Shown here one piece after another: positions 59,627 to 64,000 of a stretch of 64,000 nucleotides of DNA. The notes below the pieces were generated by a model. That model saw only the letters and a program-made list of their open reading frames with translations. It was not told the DNA's origin and did not search any database. Source of the stretch: an uncultured Nitrososphaerota archaeon (GTDB lineage: Archaea > Thermoproteota > Nitrososphaeria > Nitrososphaerales > Gagatemarchaeaceae); assembly GCA_963718895.1 (NCBI GenBank), contig CAVRAG010000007.1, forward strand, positions 803,515-867,514. Reading direction: 5' to 3'. A program made the translations under genes and the position numbers. Position 1 is the first letter of the stretch; every line of letters begins with the position of its first letter.

Positions 59627-59932
59627 TTGGCCCAAAGTGTCAGCGAGCCGGAAGAGACGCCGGAGAGGAAGGCTGCGCCGCATAGCCCAGATTACGAGCG
59701 CCGGGTGGTCGAGCAGCGGCAGGAGACCTACGACCGGTCCCAGGGATACGGGCAAGTGATCTCCAGTGAGATGAGGATCTACTTCGCCCTGGCCACCGTG
59801 ATAGTCATCCTGCTGATGGCGGAGGTAGTCGCGACGGACGCCACCTGGCTCTTTGCCCCCGTCTATGTGGGCATAGCCGTAACATACATCGCAGGCGCAC
59901 TGTACCTCTTCAAGAAGCTCTTCACCCACTAG
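59627..59932 (+). CDS. Small 2-TM hypothetical protein
   Basis: Two C-terminal hydrophobic helices. Confidence 0.6.
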   Translation: MAQSVSEPEETPERKAAPHSPDYERRVVEQRQETYDRSQGYGQVISSEMRIYFALATVIVILLMAEVVATDATWLFAPVYVGIAVTYIAGALYLFKKLFTH

Positions 59933-60054
59933 GTTCGGCTTCCCTCCCTCGTCGCAACGCGAGGGTCTGACCGAAGGACTAGGAAAGGAACTATTCCCTT
60001 GATAATTCTATGGCTCCTCCTATCAACGAGCGGCTCGTCGCTCTCCAGAGACCA

Positions 60055-60309
60055 ATGGCGAAGCTTACGACACGGAAGAGAGAGCGTCTCTCCAGCTCCC
60101 AGTACGCCTGTCCAAGGGACAGGAAGCTGCCCATCAACGACGCCGCCCATGTCAGGAACGCGATGGCTCGATTCGATCAGATCGAGTCGAGGTTCTGCCA
60201 TCCCGCGACTGCCAGGCGTCGGATTCTCGCCGCCGCCAAGAAGTTCGGGATAGACGTCGGCGACTTCTCCGGGGTAAAGCACTTCGAGATCACCACGAAG
60301 GAAGGCTAG
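60055..60309 (+). CDS. Small conserved protein (DUF6582-like)
   Basis: Sequence LTTRKRERLSSSQYACPRDRKLPINDAAHVRNAMARFDQ..ARRRILAAAKKFGI. Confidence 0.75.
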   Translation: MAKLTTRKRERLSSSQYACPRDRKLPINDAAHVRNAMARFDQIESRFCHPATARRRILAAAKKFGIDVGDFSGVKHFEITTKEG

Positions 60310-60593
60310 CCATTAGGCTTTCCTCTTCAGGCTGGCACGTGCCGGGCGAGTCCCAGTCGCGACGCAGGTCCCAAGAGAGTTGCAGATCTCTTCCGAGACG
60401 AAGAGGTTCTTGACCGAACACGACAACGTGCACGTTGTTGAAAGCCGCAAACAGGAAGACCGGAACAGGCACGGCCCACTAAGCACATGGTAACCGTCCT
60501 CCAGAGCTCAGCACCCTGGAGCCCTTCTTCAGCTAGAGACAAGCCGGTCCGAGCGCCTCTCCACTGCGAGTCCGCGTCGTTTCGAGATAATGA

Positions 60594-60885
60594 CTACATT
60601 CGTTCCAGACTACCACGCAGGTCCGAGATTGAAAACGGCTCTTGCGGGAATGTGAAGCCGGCTGCGATGATCCCAGGTCTCGCAGATTCGTCAGCCGCCA
60701 CCATGAGCATCGTGAGGCATTCTGTACTCGATCATCACGGTCTCGGGCCTGAACTCGGCATCCAAGAGGGCCTGGAGTGGTTCCTCGCCATCTCTTGCCG
60801 CGAACTTTCCGTGACGTAGCCCAGACGCTCCAGGATCCTTGAGTACAGAGCGTCCATCACGTCTTCGTCGTCGACGATGGCTACT
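60594..60885 (-). pseudogene. Degraded response regulator receiver gene
   Basis: Fragments in different frames read VAIVDDEDVMDALYSRILERLGY, ARDGEEPLQALL..FRPETVMIEYRMP and MVAADESA..AAGFTFPQEPFSISDL. The phosphoacceptor Asp and the conserved Lys both read Glu, and the alpha3 segment is missing. Confidence 0.65.
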
Positions 60886-61013
60886 CAGCTCCGGGGTTGT
60901 TAGCGCCGCTCCTCGCGGATGGGACCGCGGTTTCGCGGCGTGCGGGACCAGAGTCCGGATCCCCGTTCGTGGAGATGAAAAAGGTGGGAGAGACGGTCGA
61001 GGACGTCGGAGAA

Positions 61014-63230
61014 TCAGTCGGCTCCAGACAGCCAAACCTCGATTCGTGTTCCCTCGGAGAAGTCGTTCTCCACACGGTTCTGGACTCTCACGTCGCCCTT
61101 GTACCGTCCCGTAACCAAGGCGTGGACAATAGAGAGACCCAGGCCACTACCGCTTGAAGCTGTGGCGTACCTCGTGAATACCTTCTCTTTGATCTCGTTC
61201 GGTATGCCCCTGCCCTTATCTTCAAGATCGATTCTCCAGCCTCTTCGATCCGCATCTGGCGGCCCGGGCTGCAGTGGACGGACCCAACCCCCGCGCTCCA
61301 TCGGTTCCGTCTTTATCGAAATCGAGACCGTTTGCCCCTGGGTGTACTTCACCGAATTTGATAGTATGTTCGCGAAGACCTCGTCGAGCAGATCGTCTGC
61401 CAGGACCGCCGCTCCATCGGGCACAGACAATGACAGTTCTATCGCCTTGTCGCTGTAGGCTTTGGTCACAAGAGAGATGGCCCGCTGCAGAGAGTCCCGC
61501 AGGTCGGTCGGGCGCAACTGAACCTCCTCAGTCGAGACAGCCTTCGCGAGCTTCTTGGCGCGGTCGATGAGATTCGTTGACCCGTCGGTCGCGGTATGAT
61601 CGTGTCGACGAGAGTGTCGGCCCGGCTCAGGTCTTTCGCGGTATTGCCCAGGTCGTCCCTTAGAAGCTCGGCGTTCGATTTTACCACCTGGTTGTAATTC
61701 CTGATGTCGTGGGAAAGGATATCCTGCAGGAGTTCGGCCTGTCTCCGGCTGTTCCTCTCCCTCTCCAGGGCCACTTCTTCCCTTGCGCGTAGGTCGGCGT
61801 CGTCCCTTATCCTCTCGAAGAACCGAATGCTCGACCTTACCGTCGGGCTCGTCGTCGAGTACGTCGCGAAACCCAGAGCGTCCGTGAAGTCCACCGAGGA
61901 AGGGTTCCTCTCCTCCATGACGAGCGTGGAGGCCCCGTCCACCACGAGAATCGTGACGGCGTTCTGGGTTCTCGCCTGGGAGATTCGTCTCAAAGAGATC
62001 GCCCTCCCATCCTCTGTTTGGGTGCCATGCTCCCTGCTCGGCTTCAGGATGAACTCGGGATAGCGCTCCTCTATGAGTTCGTCGACCGGAGAAAGGATGC
62101 TGACGCGGACGCCCTTCTTGGCCGCTGTCCTGAGGGATTCCATTATCCCCATCTTCTCGTCCCTGTGAAACGCGTTGGTGGTGGGGAGCAGGAGCAAGAC
62201 ATCGTACTTGGCGGCCCCGATCAGCCCCGAGTAGATGATCTGGGTCTCGGCAGGGTCGCTGATTATCTTCATCGTCTCTGGGCTCACACCCTCTTCATCT
62301 CTGAACTCGTACCTCGGAAGGGAGGGCGTGACCCCAGAGGGCGTCGAAGATGCGCTTGCCCTGGGCAACGAGTTGCGGATCGTCGCTCCAGACTATCTCG
62401 TCTGGCGGCCGCCCCGGCGCCTCGGTGTGCGTGGTCTCGACGTACTCGCGCCTGGATACTGAGAACCTGATTGTGTTCCCGCTGATGTGCCTCACCTCGA
62501 AGCCCGCCCGGACCAGTTTCTTGACGCCTTCCAGGTTCTCTCGCTGGATATCGGTGATGTGGAGGATTCTGAAATCGGCGTGGTCCTCGAAGAGCTTGCG
62601 CACTGACTCGTAGTAGTCCTCTGCGGCCCTCAGCGTCGAGTCCTTGTCCGAGACACCGTAGGCGTAGGGATCGGGTCCCGAGGTCGCTGCCCGAGACAAG
62701 AAGGACCGTACCAGATTGACCACCTCTTCCTCGCTCCTGACTATCCTCGTCTCAGGGAGAACGAGCCCGTGCTCGAGGGCTCTCATTCTCGACTCGGCAG
62801 GGATCGCAACCTCCCAGAGCATGTCGAAAAGCGCCTGGTGATGTCTGACGAAGACTTCTTCATCGGAGCGGAGGATCGGACCTTCAAGGCTGAACTCTCC
62901 CGCACCCGCGAAAGCCAGATACTCCGTGTCGCTGACTCCGAAATGGCTAGCAACCCTATCGAGATGGCGAAGTTCCACCGCTCCCGAGAGATGGTCCAAG
63001 ACCTTCAGGTCATCCTTCGTGAAGTTACTTATCACCCTCAAGCGCACTCCCCTCTTGCCGGCTTCCAGGAAGAGTTGCGCGAACTTCTCGACGGCGCGGC
63101 CATTCTCACCGGTAATCGTCTTCGTACAGATGTCGATTCGGGTCTTTGCGCTCGAAAGAAATCTTATCGTCGTGCTCTTCACGTCCTCAAGCCCCTGAAT
63201 TGTCTCAGTGTGTTGTGCTAGATGACTCAT
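61014..63230 (-). CDS. Soluble sensor histidine kinase with three N-terminal TrmB/PLD-like repeats (two frameshifts)
   Basis: H-box LSHDIRNYNQ, N-box FANILSNSVKY, and G-boxes DKGRGIP and GSGLGL. No TM segment. Confidence 0.88.
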
Positions 63231-63454
63231 GGAGCACCTCAGAGGCCAGAAGAATCGGACTTGGCGGACCCAAGGTCCCAAGGGGATGACCGACTTCTTC
63301 CCAAGGTCGCCGGAGCCCGGACGCTGCCGCTAGGGACGAAGGGACCCACCGACTAGTGGGACAGGGCCGGGACAACCGCAAAAGTCCGAGGACCTGCGAA
63401 TATAAGGCCGTATAGAACAATGTTCTATCCTTCGTCTCGACGCTGAGCCAGAGC

Positions 63455-63961
63455 CTACCTCGGAGTCCCCGTCGGTCGCAGACCAAGGTTGTCCAATCCT
63501 GATTCGTACGTGTCCGATGCGCCCACGATGCGTCCGAACTTCTCTCGTCTCAGGACCACATCACCATCCCGTACTTCCAAGACCGTCTCTGCCTCCACTG
63601 GCGTCTCCTCCGGTATCCGGAAGTAGAGGTATCCTCCAATGGGAAGTGGGAGCTCCGTCTGGGGCGTCCCCATGGAATCCTCGGCGGACAGCCTGCGGCC
63701 GTTGCACCAGGCGTTGCACCTCTCCACCCGTCTTCTGGCTCCCACTATCAACGTTAGGTCGCTCCGATACGGCTCGCTAATCCGGTCCCGAATGACCTCC
63801 AGCGAGACCTGCACCGGGTTTATGCTCGATGTGAGAACAATCACCCGGCTACCATCGTGAGCCTCAGTCCTACGCCGATCAGGATAGACGATGAAGTTCC
63901 CTGACCCGGTGATTCTCATCACCGTGCCTTCTACCACGATTATGGGCTCTGGGATGGTCAC
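63455..63961 (-). CDS. Hypothetical protein
   Basis: 168-aa ORF. The start GTG may overlap the TGA of an upstream gene that lies beyond the window. Confidence 0.45.
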   Translation of the reverse strand: MTIPEPIIVVEGTVMRITGSGNFIVYPDRRRTEAHDGSRVIVLTSSINPVQVSLEVIRDRISEPYRSDLTLIVGARRRVERCNAWCNGRRLSAEDSMGTPQTELPLPIGGYLYFRIPEETPVEAETVLEVRDGDVVLRREKFGRIVGASDTYESGLDNLGLRPTGTPR

Positions 63962-64000
63962 GCTATACCGCTTCGGTCCAGGTCTTTCGCCAATGGAACC

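Noticed and set aside
1-64000. CRISPR arrays, tRNA/rRNA genes, IS elements, integrases, defence systems
   Set aside because: No regularly spaced repeats, cloverleaf/T-loop signatures or recombinase motifs were recognised by eye. A tRNAscan-SE/Infernal run would be needed to exclude intron-containing tRNAs or small RNAs.

Overview
This is a GC-rich archaeal chromosomal segment. A eukaryote-like topoisomerase IB, a short XPF/ERCC4 nuclease, the exosome/proteasome superoperon and soluble histidine kinases with TrmB/PLD-like repeats point to Nitrososphaerota (Thaumarchaeota), probably a GC-rich, basal or non-ammonia-oxidising lineage (inference). The left ~44 kb is a mosaic of metabolic and accessory genes. 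It holds a nucleotidyltransferase-kinase fusion, mpgS flanked by two unrelated phosphatases, NDH-2, RidA and two paralogous CBS proteins. It also holds TsaA, an orphan Mo-hydroxylase large subunit next to a dsrE2-tusA-sqr-arsR sulfur operon, divergent mntR/mntH with operators, mhqE/D-like genes, a six-gene MoxR/DUF58 envelope operon, CDC48, PadR/SHOCT, PPK2 and a CPA2 antiporter. The right ~20 kb is mostly core: npdG, xpf, an ECF transporter, DHH, pfdB, a pcc1-like gene, rpl37ae, rrp42-41-4, SBDS, psmA, JAMM, endonuclease IV, TopIB and two-component genes. Many genes are split by small indels (13.6-17.2, 33.4, 40-48, 50.5-54 and 61.5-62.3 kb). These include essential genes, so sequencing or assembly error is far more likely than biology. 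I saw no rRNA, tRNA, CRISPR array or transposase. All family assignments come from motif recognition by eye, not database searches.
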